Translations under genes and position numbers: made by a program | NCBI GenBank assembly: GCA_964643335.1 | Contig: CAZXSQ010000001.1 | Location: forward strand, 2,844-50,723 | DNA length: 47,880 bases | Direction: 5' to 3' | Source of the DNA: an uncultured bacterium | Lineage (GTDB): Bacteria; Hinthialibacterota; Hinthialibacteria; Hinthialibacterales; Hinthialibacteraceae | Shown: positions 1 through 9,528 of the stretch, one piece after another | How positions within the stretch are numbered: the stretch's first letter is position 1 | How the letters are laid out: every line of letters starts with the position of its first letter | Notes under the pieces: generated by a model | Told to the model about the DNA's origin: nothing | The model's database searches: none | The model's input: the letters and a program-made list of their open reading frames with translations, nothing else

Positions 1-810
1 TCTGCCAAGAGCACCGTCGCATCCACCGATAATTCGATCCGCTTTCAGAAAAATCCCCGGACCAATGGTATTGGCATTACAGGAAACCAAGGTAGTACGG
101 CTTTTAAAACTGGTGATAGAATTTTGCTCAATCGTTAAAGGATGCAGCCGGGCGGCGATGCGATACGTTTGTTTTTTCCATTCTTCTTCAGAAAATTCTT
201 CCGCAAAATGGGGTTCCCAGAATGCAATATGACAAACCCGGCCAATACCGAAAACCACTACCAATCCACCCCCTTGCTGCAATATTTCAGCAATTTTCAA
301 AGGATAATTGGGTAAATCGTCTTTTGAAGCGAAATGACGTTGTCCAGGAGGAAGCGTCAAATCATCCAAAGGACCATAAAATACCTCTTCCATAGCTCCT
401 TGAAATGAACCGGGAGCGTCGGGTGGAGTTGTATTGCCTTCCGCATCTGACCATTCGTCCATGTTAAAGCCATGAACATGGTCGCATTTAATTTGCCATT
501 CCTTCAAGAAATAAACAGCCCATTTATACATTCCCATTGGACCGACTGGAAGTATCAATGCCAAAGGGCGATTGGAAACCCGATAGTCTCGGATGGTTTT
601 TGCGATCTCATGCCCCATTTTCGCATCAAATTCTTCCAGATTGTCACATTGAACCGGCTCAAAATCATTGTTCCACCATGGTTGTTTCTGAGTTATAGAT
701 TCCGGTGGGTTTTGACAGCATTGGTCTATTTTTTTCAAATCCCATCCCGATGGAAAAAAGTTTTCCAGAAGCGATCCTTTGATGGTGGAGAGTAAAGAAA
801 TATCAGCCAT
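1..810 (-). CDS. Glucosamine-6-phosphate deaminase/isomerase-like protein (NagB superfamily). N-terminal 270 codons only; the C-terminus lies beyond the window edge.
   Basis: Absent from the ORF track because no stop lies inside the window. The reverse strand is open from the ATG at 810-808 to position 1. Translation: [13 protein letters not shown]...[15 protein letters not shown]...HGFNMDEW...[17 protein letters not shown]. These are NagB-type motifs (FN[LM]DE[YW]; GIGxxGH[IL]AFxEP). Track ORF 472..795(+) is its antisense shadow. Confidence 0.75.
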   Translation of the reverse strand, partial: MADISLLSTIKGSLLENFFPSGWDLKKIDQCCQNPPESITQKQPWWNNDFEPVQCDNLEEFDAKMGHEIAKTIRDYRVSNRPLALILPVGPMGMYKWAVYFLKEWQIKCDHVHGFNMDEWSDAEGNTTPPDAPGSFQGAMEEVFYGPLDDLTLPPGQRHFASKDDLPNYPLKIAEILQQGGGLVVVFGIGRVCHIAFWEPHFAEEFSEEEWKKQTYRIAARLHPLTIEQNSITSFKSRTTLVSCNANTIGPGIFLKADRIIGGCDGALGR

Positions 811-880
811 TGCACACCTCCAAAATTTTCAGTTTTTTATTTATCAAAAGCGATGCTTTTTTCTTTAATCAATCTCGAAA

Positions 881-1594
881 TTATTCGTTGATGTCAGGTG
901 TAATATTGAATGCACGCAGAGCCGCCGGTCCGTCTTTCTCCAAATCGATGACTGTAATCGAACCGGTATTTGATTGAAAATTACTCCAACGCTTCCAAGG
1001 AGGATAACCATCCGCTGATCCTGCCACTCCGGCAATGATATCCCCATGCGTGACTATCACAACTGCTTTCCCATAACCTTTTTCCACATGACGGAGTTGT
1101 TCGAAAGTATCTTGAACGGCGTCAGATAATGATTCACCGTTTTCGGGTCTTGGATCATGCCCCTCCCGCCATTGTTCAATTCTCCACCTGAAATTCGTTG
1201 GTGTGCCATCTTTTTTTAAGCCTGCCTCAGGACGATTGAATGCAGCATCTTGTTTAATTTCAAGATTATGTGCTTCCGCAAGTCCGGATAATTCCAACGT
1301 TTTTAGTGTCCTATCAGTCTCGGATGTGAATGCGGCCACAATCGGTGAATTTCGTAACACTTCACCGATCACCTTGGCTTGTTTTTCTCCTTTTTCTGTA
1401 ATGCGGTAATAACCCTCTTGAGAATGAGTCATATTGGGATTGGCATTGTGCATCGTCTCTGCATGACGGACGAAAAAGATTCGCATAGTGTTTTCATCGA
1501 TCTCAGGAAGATTTTGAATGGACTCGCCGCTCCAGCAAAATAGCTGAGCAGTTAATACAAACAAAACAAAAAGAAATAATTGTAACGCTTTCAT
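881..1594 (-). CDS. Secreted histidine phosphatase family protein (phosphoglycerate-mutase-like)
   Basis: Hydrophobic N-terminal signal (MKALQLFLFVLFVLTAQLF). RHxxT catalytic motif (FFVRHAETMHN) and a distal VTHGD histidine. GGAG lies 8 nt upstream of the ATG. Confidence 0.8.
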   Translation of the reverse strand: MKALQLFLFVLFVLTAQLFCWSGESIQNLPEIDENTMRIFFVRHAETMHNANPNMTHSQEGYYRITEKGEKQAKVIGEVLRNSPIVAAFTSETDRTLKTLELSGLAEAHNLEIKQDAAFNRPEAGLKKDGTPTNFRWRIEQWREGHDPRPENGESLSDAVQDTFEQLRHVEKGYGKAVVIVTHGDIIAGVAGSADGYPPWKRWSNFQSNTGSITVIDLEKDGPAALRAFNITPDINE

Positions 1595-1774
1595 ACTTTT
1601 GTCTCCTCGTTAAACTTTGTTAGTATAAACTATTGGATTATAGCATTGGTTCTTATGAATCAACAGAATACCTATTTTTTTGATTGTAACCATGCTTCGG
1701 CTATTAAATAAAGTCTTCTGAAAGCCTTGTTGTATAAAAGAAAGGATTTAATTTCAAAAAGAGGAATATAAATT

Positions 1775-2104
1775 ATGATTGGTGAAATGGTTGAAGTTCA
1801 TTTGCTGAATGGAAAACGTTTTCTTGGAAAAATAAAGGTTAAAGATAAGGAAGGTCTTATTTTATATTGCATACCTGTTAAGGCTTTGGAAAGTGTTCCT
1901 CCTGGGAAGGGCGCAATTGAACAGATCCGTGAAATGATCCATACGGTCTTCTTTCCTTATCAACAAATCGAGTATGTGGATATTGGTGGTGAACCGATGG
2001 GGTTTGATGCAATTTACGCCAGCTGGTTTCAAGGACAACCGGTGAGTAATTATTTTGAAAAAAATACTTTTTCCTTCCTTGAAAAAGATAACGGTGAATT
2101 ATAA
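1775..2104 (+). CDS. Small hypothetical protein (109 aa), possibly a Sm-like beta-barrel N-terminus
   Basis: Clean ORF with AGAGGA upstream of the ATG. No motif recognised. The Sm-like idea rests only on the VEVHLLNGKRFLGKIK pattern. Confidence 0.5.
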   Translation: MIGEMVEVHLLNGKRFLGKIKVKDKEGLILYCIPVKALESVPPGKGAIEQIREMIHTVFFPYQQIEYVDIGGEPMGFDAIYASWFQGQPVSNYFEKNTFSFLEKDNGEL

Positions 2105-2158
2105 TCCATCCTTTGTGTCCATATGACTTCTTTTTTTACTCTCGATATTACAAAATTC

Positions 2159-4552
2159 CTATGTTTTCAACTTTAAATCAACGATGAGTGGTAAATGGTC
2201 TGAAGCAGTACAGCATAGATCATCATCGGGGACTTGCACCTGAACGACTTCAAACTGAGAACTGATAAACACGTAATCGATTCTTACTAATGGGCATGTT
2301 CCAAACCAGGTCTTTTGAGGACGGTGTCCTTTTAATTCCATTTGTGAATCTCGAAAATGAGTTTTAAGAAGTCTATACACTTTTGATCCGGGGACACTGT
2401 TAAAATCTCCACATAATATAATGGGTTCCTCACAGTCAGGATGGCCTATCCAGTCCTCACCTAGCAGCGCTTTTGTCTGACTTAAACGCTCTTTTCCATT
2501 TAATCCTAAATGGGTATTAATGATTTGGATTGTATTCCCACCGGTCTCGATTGTTACCCACAAAGCACCACGAGGTTCAAGGTGAGCGTGTTTGGATAAT
2601 CTGGGCAAACCGTTCGCTTGCGCCAATTGCATCGGGAATCGGCTTAGGATGGCATCTCCGTAAAGCTCTTCCTCAATCTGCATCGCCGGATGGAAATGGA
2701 GTCCCATTTGTAAAAAATTGGCTATCATTTTGGCTTGATCATTGCTTTGCGTACGAATACGCCCTACATCCAATTCTTGTAAAGCGGCTATATCGGGATT
2801 CTGCCGGGCAATAACACGTGCGATACGTTGCGGAGATACTTTTCCGTCCATTCCAATACAACTATGAACATTATAAGTCATTATCCGCAAGATTTTCTCT
2901 TCAGATGGAGTCTTAATTTTGTTTGTTTCAAAAGACCATTCCGCTCGTCCAAGTAAATATTGAGCCGCTTTTCTCAAATCCATCGGTCTTAAATAATTTT
3001 TATCTTTAGTAAGTATTGGAGTATCGCATGGAAGTATGGCAAATCCGTTTGTTTCTTCCAAGCCAAATCCGCCATGCGAACCATTTTCGTTTGGAAAGGT
3101 GAGACTTTTTCCGGATGGTGTCCAGCCACAGAAAATAAAATCACCGGTGTCTGGATGATGACACAGCTGAATCAGATCATGTGACACTTCTTCAAGGAAA
3201 GGATGATTTGGACCGAGTATTTTGTTGGCTTGACTGGGTAAATTATAGACACCTTTTTCTGTCCATACTTTAATCTCCCCTGGTTTATTTGTAGTCATGA
3301 CCATTGGAATTCGTGCTTTATTTACCAGAGCTGTAGCCACCCGTTCTTTTTCTTCTGGCTTCATTTCTTGACGTGTGTAAATAAATCCTAATGGTCCCAT
3401 CGCTGTTACAATTGGCAATGTTTCTTTATCGCTTGTAGGTTCAATGATAAAATGGGGTAGCATTTCGTGCAATCGTTTCCAATTCAACACTCGAATTCGC
3501 TGGAGCTGTATCCCACGCCCTCTTTTTTCTCTTTTTCTATGGTTTGTATTTGCTTCATCAAAAATTTTTTTGATGGCTTGATCGATGGTTTGATGATGCT
3601 CGAAAATAAATGGAGTTGAGTTTTCTTGACCGTGGTCTGAAAAAATCCACAAAGTGTAATCTCGATAAGGGGATCGCCTGGCTGCCTGATATATTCTTTT
3701 GATGGCGTCATCGATTCCGCGAAGAGTCCAGTGGGCAAAAAGGGAACTAGGTCCCCGTCTGTGAGCTTGTTCATCATACCCAACCAAATTTAAGTGAATA
3801 ATGGGTAGACCACGGCTTACATCCATTTTGACTCCGATGGTGATCAATTCGCGCAACAAAATACATATTCCGACTCGGGTGGGGACGAACTTGATCTCTT
3901 CCCAGAAATCCTTTCTGGTGATGAATCCACGAAACAGATCAATAAAAGCCAAAACGGTTTCGACGATCAACAAAACGCCTGTTCGAATTAAACTATAAAA
4001 ATTAAGCAAAAGTAAAATTGAAAATTTGTAGGTATTGTAGTGCCATAGCAAATGACTGAATCCCATTTTTGAGAAACAAAAATGGTTTTCTTCCGCTCCA
4101 CCGGAGTAAATACTTGAGTAGATACTCCCCCCTTTTAAAAGAGGCTCGCCTTTTCTTTTCAATCGGTTTTCGATTTCTTGGGCATCCTCAGGATAATATA
4201 AACAAATGATACGCTTTAATTCTTTGTCATAATAACTAAAAGCAGGGACTATACTTTTCACTCCATAGAACAGTTCTCCTTGAACCGCCGGAGTGCTTGC
4301 GGGTAATCCCGAATAATGGGAATGGAGATTATAGTTTTGCTTTTGGATTAACTGATTGACAAACGGCATACGCCCTTCTTTTAAGGCCCATTCAATTTGA
4401 TTTCTCGATAAACCATCGATTTGCACCATAATCAGCCCGGTTTCTGCTACAGTCTCAGTGGATTTTGAGAGTTTGAATAAACGAATCAGCCATTCGCTTC
4501 GGCTAAAAAAACGCTGGATTTTACGCCAAATAATTCCTGTTTTATTTATCAT
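2159..4552 (-). CDS. Fusion protein: alkaline-phosphatase-superfamily (type I phosphodiesterase/nucleotide pyrophosphatase-like) N-terminal region with internal hydrophobic helices, plus a C-terminal endonuclease/exonuclease/phosphatase (EEP) domain
   Basis: N-terminal part: MVQIDGLSRNQ...GLPASTPAVQGELFYG, then hydrophobic segments (FSILLLLNFYSLIRTGVLLIVETVLAFIDLF), then WIFSDHGQ. C-terminal ~260 aa: ILRIMTYNVHSCIG...PDIAALQELD...INTHLG...CGDFNS...SDHLPLIVDL. These are classic EEP catalytic motifs. Confidence 0.75.
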   Translation of the reverse strand: MINKTGIIWRKIQRFFSRSEWLIRLFKLSKSTETVAETGLIMVQIDGLSRNQIEWALKEGRMPFVNQLIQKQNYNLHSHYSGLPASTPAVQGELFYGVKSIVPAFSYYDKELKRIICLYYPEDAQEIENRLKRKGEPLLKGGSIYSSIYSGGAEENHFCFSKMGFSHLLWHYNTYKFSILLLLNFYSLIRTGVLLIVETVLAFIDLFRGFITRKDFWEEIKFVPTRVGICILLRELITIGVKMDVSRGLPIIHLNLVGYDEQAHRRGPSSLFAHWTLRGIDDAIKRIYQAARRSPYRDYTLWIFSDHGQENSTPFIFEHHQTIDQAIKKIFDEANTNHRKREKRGRGIQLQRIRVLNWKRLHEMLPHFIIEPTSDKETLPIVTAMGPLGFIYTRQEMKPEEKERVATALVNKARIPMVMTTNKPGEIKVWTEKGVYNLPSQANKILGPNHPFLEEVSHDLIQLCHHPDTGDFIFCGWTPSGKSLTFPNENGSHGGFGLEETNGFAILPCDTPILTKDKNYLRPMDLRKAAQYLLGRAEWSFETNKIKTPSEEKILRIMTYNVHSCIGMDGKVSPQRIARVIARQNPDIAALQELDVGRIRTQSNDQAKMIANFLQMGLHFHPAMQIEEELYGDAILSRFPMQLAQANGLPRLSKHAHLEPRGALWVTIETGGNTIQIINTHLGLNGKERLSQTKALLGEDWIGHPDCEEPIILCGDFNSVPGSKVYRLLKTHFRDSQMELKGHRPQKTWFGTCPLVRIDYVFISSQFEVVQVQVPDDDLCCTASDHLPLIVDLKLKT

Positions 4553-4760
4553 TCCTCTTCCCGTTCATAGTATTTTGGTGAAATTAACAGAAGTATGTGC
4601 ACCTGTCTAATCTATCTTTTATACAGAGCCTTTTTAGTTCGGTCACCCTTAAAGTCCTTGTTATCTCGAATAATTTATGAAAACATACCCTATTTAGTAG
4701 ACTCTTGGGTCATAATAAATATATTTTTAAAACAAAACCATTAAATTGAAGGGATTGGAA

Positions 4761-6089
4761 ATGATGAACCGTAAGAAAAATATGTCGCGAAGGCGATTTT
4801 TAGTGGGTGGAACTGCTGTTGCTGCTGGAACTTTGGCTGCACCACTTGTAATCTCTTCTACGGTTATCGGTCGCGAGGGAGTCTCTCCCAGCGAACGAAT
4901 AACTTTGGGAATTATTGGTACCGGTGATCATGGCGTGAACAGGAATATCAAACGTTTTCTCACAGAAAAAGACGCTCAAATAATTGCCGTTTGCGATGTA
5001 GACCAAGAAAGAAGAATCGGTGCAAAAAAACTGACTGAAGAACGTTATGCGGCTTTAAGAGAAAAAGGCAAATACAAAGGTTGTGACGATTATAACGATT
5101 TCCGTGATTTAATCGCACGAGAGGATATTGATGCGGTTATGAACGCTACGCCGGATCACTGGCATGTTATACCGTCTGTCATGGCAGCCAAAGCTGGAAA
5201 AGATGTTATGTGTGAAAAACCTCTCACTTTGACTGTACAAGAAGGACGAATTCTCAGCGACACGATAACAAAACATAACCGGGTTTTCCAAACCGCTTCC
5301 GAAAACCGCTCGGTGGATGTTTATCATAAAATGTGCGAATTGGTTCGCGACGGTAGAATTGGCAAATTGCAGACAATCCATGTTGATTTACCCAGCGGTT
5401 ACTCGATTCGTGAAGCCAGCATGGAGCCGCAGCCTGTACCTGAAGGCTTCGATTACGACATGTGGCTCGGTCAAGCTCCCGAAGCTCCTTATTGTCCCGC
5501 CCGCTGCCATTGGAATTTCCGCTGGATACTCGATTACTCCGGTGGAATGCTGACCGACTGGGGCGCACATCTTATCGACCTCGCCCAATGGGCCAATGAC
5601 ACGGAACATTCCGGTCCGGTTGAAGTGGACGGGCAGGGAATATTTCCCCATGAAGGACTCTACAATACCTCAACCAAATTCCGCATTGAATGCAAATATG
5701 CAAACGGAGTTCAATTAATTATTCGATCGAAAAGCCCTGGAATTCGCTTTGAAGGTACAGATGGATGGATTGCCAACGACGGCTGGCGAGCACCGTTGAA
5801 GGCTGAACCTGAATCAATATTGAAAGAGGAAATAGGCTCGAATGAAACTCACCTTTATACATGCCCAGGAGGCGAACAGAGAAATTTCCTGGATTGCATC
5901 AAATCACGTAATCAATGTTACGCACCGGCTGAAATCGGTCACCGCACCATAACCATAGCCCATATTGGTCATATCTCAATGTTATTGGGACGCAAATTGA
6001 AATGGGATCCCAAAAAGGAAAGATTTGTAGATGACCCACCCGCAAATTGGCTGCTATCAAGACCTATGCGCGAACCGTGGATTTTATAG
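4761..6089 (+). CDS. Tat-exported Gfo/Idh/MocA family oxidoreductase
   Basis: Twin-arginine signal SRRRFLVGGTAVAAGTLAAP. Rossmann motif GIIGTGDHG and the family EKP motif (VMCEKPLTL). The track starts at TTG 4746; I prefer the ATG at 4761. Confidence 0.9.
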   Translation: MMNRKKNMSRRRFLVGGTAVAAGTLAAPLVISSTVIGREGVSPSERITLGIIGTGDHGVNRNIKRFLTEKDAQIIAVCDVDQERRIGAKKLTEERYAALREKGKYKGCDDYNDFRDLIAREDIDAVMNATPDHWHVIPSVMAAKAGKDVMCEKPLTLTVQEGRILSDTITKHNRVFQTASENRSVDVYHKMCELVRDGRIGKLQTIHVDLPSGYSIREASMEPQPVPEGFDYDMWLGQAPEAPYCPARCHWNFRWILDYSGGMLTDWGAHLIDLAQWANDTEHSGPVEVDGQGIFPHEGLYNTSTKFRIECKYANGVQLIIRSKSPGIRFEGTDGWIANDGWRAPLKAEPESILKEEIGSNETHLYTCPGGEQRNFLDCIKSRNQCYAPAEIGHRTITIAHIGHISMLLGRKLKWDPKKERFVDDPPANWLLSRPMREPWIL

Positions 6090-6117
6090 TTCAAGCAAAA
6101 CTATTTTTTCATAAGTA

Positions 6118-7083
6118 TCAGGCCATAGTCAAGCCAATTTTTTGAGCGACCGAACGGATATGCTTAGCGGCTTGACTGTATTCTTCGGCCGTTTTCAAAT
6201 GCTCAATCATTAATCCAACGCCCGAAAGCTTACTCAGCTCTTTTAAGAAAACATCATATCTCAACTTACCAAGACCAGGGCGAATCTCATCAAGATGAAC
6301 AGTCAATTTATCGGAAAGAATGATATCTTTGGCGTGGCAACTCTTGATATATGGTCCCAGTTTTTCGAAACATTCACGAATTAAATCTCCGTTTTTGAAA
6401 TAACGCTGTGGACTGCAGACGATATTGACAGGATCTATATGAACTGCAAAATGCTGGCGGTCGATAGCCTTGAGCAACTCGACGTTAGAGTCCGGTGAAT
6501 CAGGATACCCCCAGGGCATCATTTCCAATGTATAAAATGTACGTTTGGGTTTAACATCGTCAATAATATCACGAATAGTTTCGACGATTAAATCGAACGT
6601 CTCCTGAGTTAAATTATCCGGATGTGGCCCGGCCCAGTTTTCTTCGCTTCTTGAACCGCTGATGTTGACACAGCAGTTTGCGCCGATCTTGTCGGCTAAT
6701 GCCAATTGGGTCTTGCATCGCTTGATCGCCTTCTGTCTTTCTTCTTCATTGGGACTGATGGGATTACTCCACGCCCCCACTTCCGCGATCATGATATTTG
6801 CTTTTTGGGCTTCTTTTTCATAAGCCTTGATAACATCATCACTTTGGTTTGCATTGACCGGGCAATAAGCTGCGCTGTACCCCAACTGCTTCATGGCAGC
6901 AGACCATTCTTCAGGAGATTCATATTTTTCGAATACAGGCCCCCCCAGCCGTATTGGATTAGTTTTTTGTTCAGAACCGGCTGATTTTCTACCTATCGCC
7001 GATACCAAAACCATACTCCCCAAAACGGATGATGTCGTAAATTCTCGTCTTGATAATGTTGAATGATTGCTCATGACATTCAC
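6118..7083 (-). CDS. Exported sugar phosphate isomerase/epimerase (xylose-isomerase-like TIM barrel, AP_endonuc_2 family)
   Basis: N-terminal SRREFTTSSVLGSMVLVSAIG (Tat-like signal). Length and pattern (TLEMMPW, HIDPVN, SCHAKD, MIEHL) are typical of the family. Convergent with the Gfo/Idh/MocA gene. Confidence 0.8.
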   Translation of the reverse strand: MNVMSNHSTLSRREFTTSSVLGSMVLVSAIGRKSAGSEQKTNPIRLGGPVFEKYESPEEWSAAMKQLGYSAAYCPVNANQSDDVIKAYEKEAQKANIMIAEVGAWSNPISPNEEERQKAIKRCKTQLALADKIGANCCVNISGSRSEENWAGPHPDNLTQETFDLIVETIRDIIDDVKPKRTFYTLEMMPWGYPDSPDSNVELLKAIDRQHFAVHIDPVNIVCSPQRYFKNGDLIRECFEKLGPYIKSCHAKDIILSDKLTVHLDEIRPGLGKLRYDVFLKELSKLSGVGLMIEHLKTAEEYSQAAKHIRSVAQKIGLTMA

Positions 7084-7105
7084 CTTTCATAGTATTTATA
7101 ACGGT

Positions 7106-7226
7106 CTCCGCCGCACGGCGGAATAAGGCTATTATTACAAGCGGGCATGCTTACAAGCGAGGACGATACAAGCGAGAACGCTTGTTTTACCCATGAGGGC
7201 GGGAGCAAGCGTTCCCGCCTGCGCAG
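7106..7226. repeat. Cluster of short GC-rich palindromes in the intergenic spacer
   Basis: CCGCCG-CA-CGGCGG at 7108-7121. ACAAGCG-AGAA-CGCTTGT at 7168-7185. GCAAGCG-TTC-CGCCTGC near 7205-7221. Related words recur at 34896-34908 (CCGCC-AC-GGCGG) and 37627-37676. Confidence 0.6.
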
Positions 7227-7234
7227 TCCCACGG

Positions 7235-9484
7235 CTAGGCCTGTGGAGACTTTTCCTGGCATATCCAATAATAATACGAACCGTAAAAAGGAAAAAATCT
7301 CGATCCCAGATTTTTGATTCTAATACGAATATATTCGTCTTTTATCATATTTTTTGGAATGGTAAACACAGGCTCATACCAATTCCAAGAACTCCCAGAT
7401 ACCTTCCACTCTCCTAAATAAATATCATTGACAAACACTCCCATACGGTAAGTAAATTGATAATGTTCTCCCATTCCATAACAGGTGCGCATAATCAAAT
7501 AAGCTGGTTTTTCAGGTTCCAGGTTCCCCATCATGAATTGCTCATCGCCGTCGATGCGTCTCCCTGCATCGACAATATCAAACCGGTTAAGAATGCCTTT
7601 TTCTCGTAGTAAGGGAATCAACTCTTCCTGTTCGTCTTCAAAACCAGGCCATAATTTATCGATTTCTTCGTGATAACCAAAATTCCGGCGAAATGGAATT
7701 GGGATTTTTGGGAATTCGTTTCCTTGAAGATGAAATCTATAACGGTGATCGTCTTCGCTCCAAATATCTGCAACATCTAGTGAATCTTTAACGATCCAGT
7801 CTTCTTCTAATGTGGCTTCTCTGGGATTCTCTTCCATCCCCATGTAATTCCAGTTGATACGATAAACGGTTTTGCCGAAAGTATGATCAAAAGGATCGGG
7901 AAATGTAACCAGAGGTTGATGAAAAATGTCATAGATTACCGCCGATTGCTCGAACCATGTGGGAAACACGACAGCGTAATTTGGCCGAATTTCCTCTGGA
8001 ATGTGATTATAAGACTCATAAAGCCCCCCCTCGCCCATTCGGTAAACGACGGTTGTATTGCTGGTGACGAGACCTACAAGATCATAAATTTTACGCTGCC
8101 CGAAATAAGCCAATGCTCCCGCATCATTAATCGCTATTGGGTGATCACCAGGAAGAAATTGATTAATCCACTTGGCGGTTTGAATTTGCTTTTCATAGAT
8201 CGTCAAGGCATTCTTGGCAAATCGGCCCGCCCAGGCCGGAATGTATGAAATTTGTAATAAGATGGCGACAATGAAAATAGCCACAACCGGCATAGAATCA
8301 GAAATTTTAATGAATCTGAAAAGAGTCTCAATGCCAATAAATCCAAGAAAGATAAATAAGCAAAGGTAGGGAAGAAGATAACGGTAATTATGAAGTGGCC
8401 AAACCTCCAATGTGCTGACAGCGATCAACACTACAAACAAAGGCACTCCAAAAATGAGCGAATACCAGATATTCTTTTTATCCACAAGAAATACCAAACC
8501 CACCAGACCACATAATGCAAAGAGAATTGTTCCTGGAACCACATATTCACTGATCATTGGTGTTACTGTAGGATGCCCAAAGAAGAAAAGCACTATCTCT
8601 CCCAAATTCGAGACAATTTCTATCAATTTTTCATAAGCGGTCATAATGGGATTATATAGCAGGCTCTTTGCCAGGAGGCTATTGCTGGTCATCCGTCCTG
8701 TCGTCAGGAAATAAAAAAAGAAGGGACCGATGATTGATGCAATGAAAAACAAAAACGGAAAATTAAAAAGGCGAAGTTTATCCTCGATAGAAAGTGATTT
8801 TGATTGCTTGTTTTCCGTGAATATAAACTTTTTTGGATACAAGAAAAAATAGATCACTGTAATTAAAAGAATTGTCAAAACAACAATACCACCTTCAGGT
8901 CTACACAAAATTAGCAGCCCCATTACAATCCAGATTTTGTCCGGAGAAAGTTCGCGCTGTAAAAGCAAATAATAAACAAGAAACAATAAGGAGGTGAAAA
9001 GCGCAATTTCCATTCCGCTCCAAAAGGCCCAAGCCAGACTTCCCGAACAGAAAATCATGACTGCAGCACCCCAACCCGCCAATGGAAAAGATAAGTTTTT
9101 ACCAACCTGTATCAAAAAATAAAGAATTGCACTTACACTCAACCAAGCGATTAGATAGGCCCAAACTAATAATCCGGAACCATGGAATCCAATCAAGTAA
9201 CCTATTGCCAAAATGTGGGCATATAAAAAACTGGTCTCACCGCTGGTAACTGGTTCACCTTCCTGATATTGGAAATAATGCCCCTGAGCTATTTGTTTGG
9301 CATATTGTAAATGGATATATGTATCGTCTAATGGACTTGAAGGGGTTCCCGTTAGAGCCAACTGAGTGCCTACAAACAAACTACCTTGCAAAAAAGCCAT
9401 CAGTAGACAAAAACATATGATCTTAATGTTGCCGTCAGGTAAATAATTATTTATTTTAACTCTAAACTTACTCACTTGTTTCAT
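7235..9484 (-). CDS. Polytopic membrane protein, candidate GT-C-type (ArnT/PMT-like) glycosyltransferase, with a ~320-aa soluble C-terminal domain
   Basis: About 12 hydrophobic helices in the first ~430 aa. An acidic DD motif follows TM1 in the first loop (SSPLDDTYIHLQYAKQIAQG), as in GT-C enzymes. The fold assignment is inference only. Confidence 0.6.
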   Translation of the reverse strand: MKQVSKFRVKINNYLPDGNIKIICFCLLMAFLQGSLFVGTQLALTGTPSSPLDDTYIHLQYAKQIAQGHYFQYQEGEPVTSGETSFLYAHILAIGYLIGFHGSGLLVWAYLIAWLSVSAILYFLIQVGKNLSFPLAGWGAAVMIFCSGSLAWAFWSGMEIALFTSLLFLVYYLLLQRELSPDKIWIVMGLLILCRPEGGIVVLTILLITVIYFFLYPKKFIFTENKQSKSLSIEDKLRLFNFPFLFFIASIIGPFFFYFLTTGRMTSNSLLAKSLLYNPIMTAYEKLIEIVSNLGEIVLFFFGHPTVTPMISEYVVPGTILFALCGLVGLVFLVDKKNIWYSLIFGVPLFVVLIAVSTLEVWPLHNYRYLLPYLCLFIFLGFIGIETLFRFIKISDSMPVVAIFIVAILLQISYIPAWAGRFAKNALTIYEKQIQTAKWINQFLPGDHPIAINDAGALAYFGQRKIYDLVGLVTSNTTVVYRMGEGGLYESYNHIPEEIRPNYAVVFPTWFEQSAVIYDIFHQPLVTFPDPFDHTFGKTVYRINWNYMGMEENPREATLEEDWIVKDSLDVADIWSEDDHRYRFHLQGNEFPKIPIPFRRNFGYHEEIDKLWPGFEDEQEELIPLLREKGILNRFDIVDAGRRIDGDEQFMMGNLEPEKPAYLIMRTCYGMGEHYQFTYRMGVFVNDIYLGEWKVSGSSWNWYEPVFTIPKNMIKDEYIRIRIKNLGSRFFPFYGSYYYWICQEKSPQA

Positions 9485-9528
9485 GCCTATATGTTTTTCA
9501 GTATTAAATTTATCCTCTAGAACTTTAA

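Noticed and set aside
472-795. 107-aa + strand ORF at the left edge
   Set aside because: It is antisense to an open minus-strand frame carrying clear NagB-family motifs from 810 to the window edge, and its own translation has no recognisable features.
846-870. AAAAGC-GAT-GCTTTT hairpin with a T-run, considered as a terminator for the histidine phosphatase gene
   Set aside because: The stem is only 6 bp and A/T-rich, and the orientation is ambiguous. This is too weak to call.
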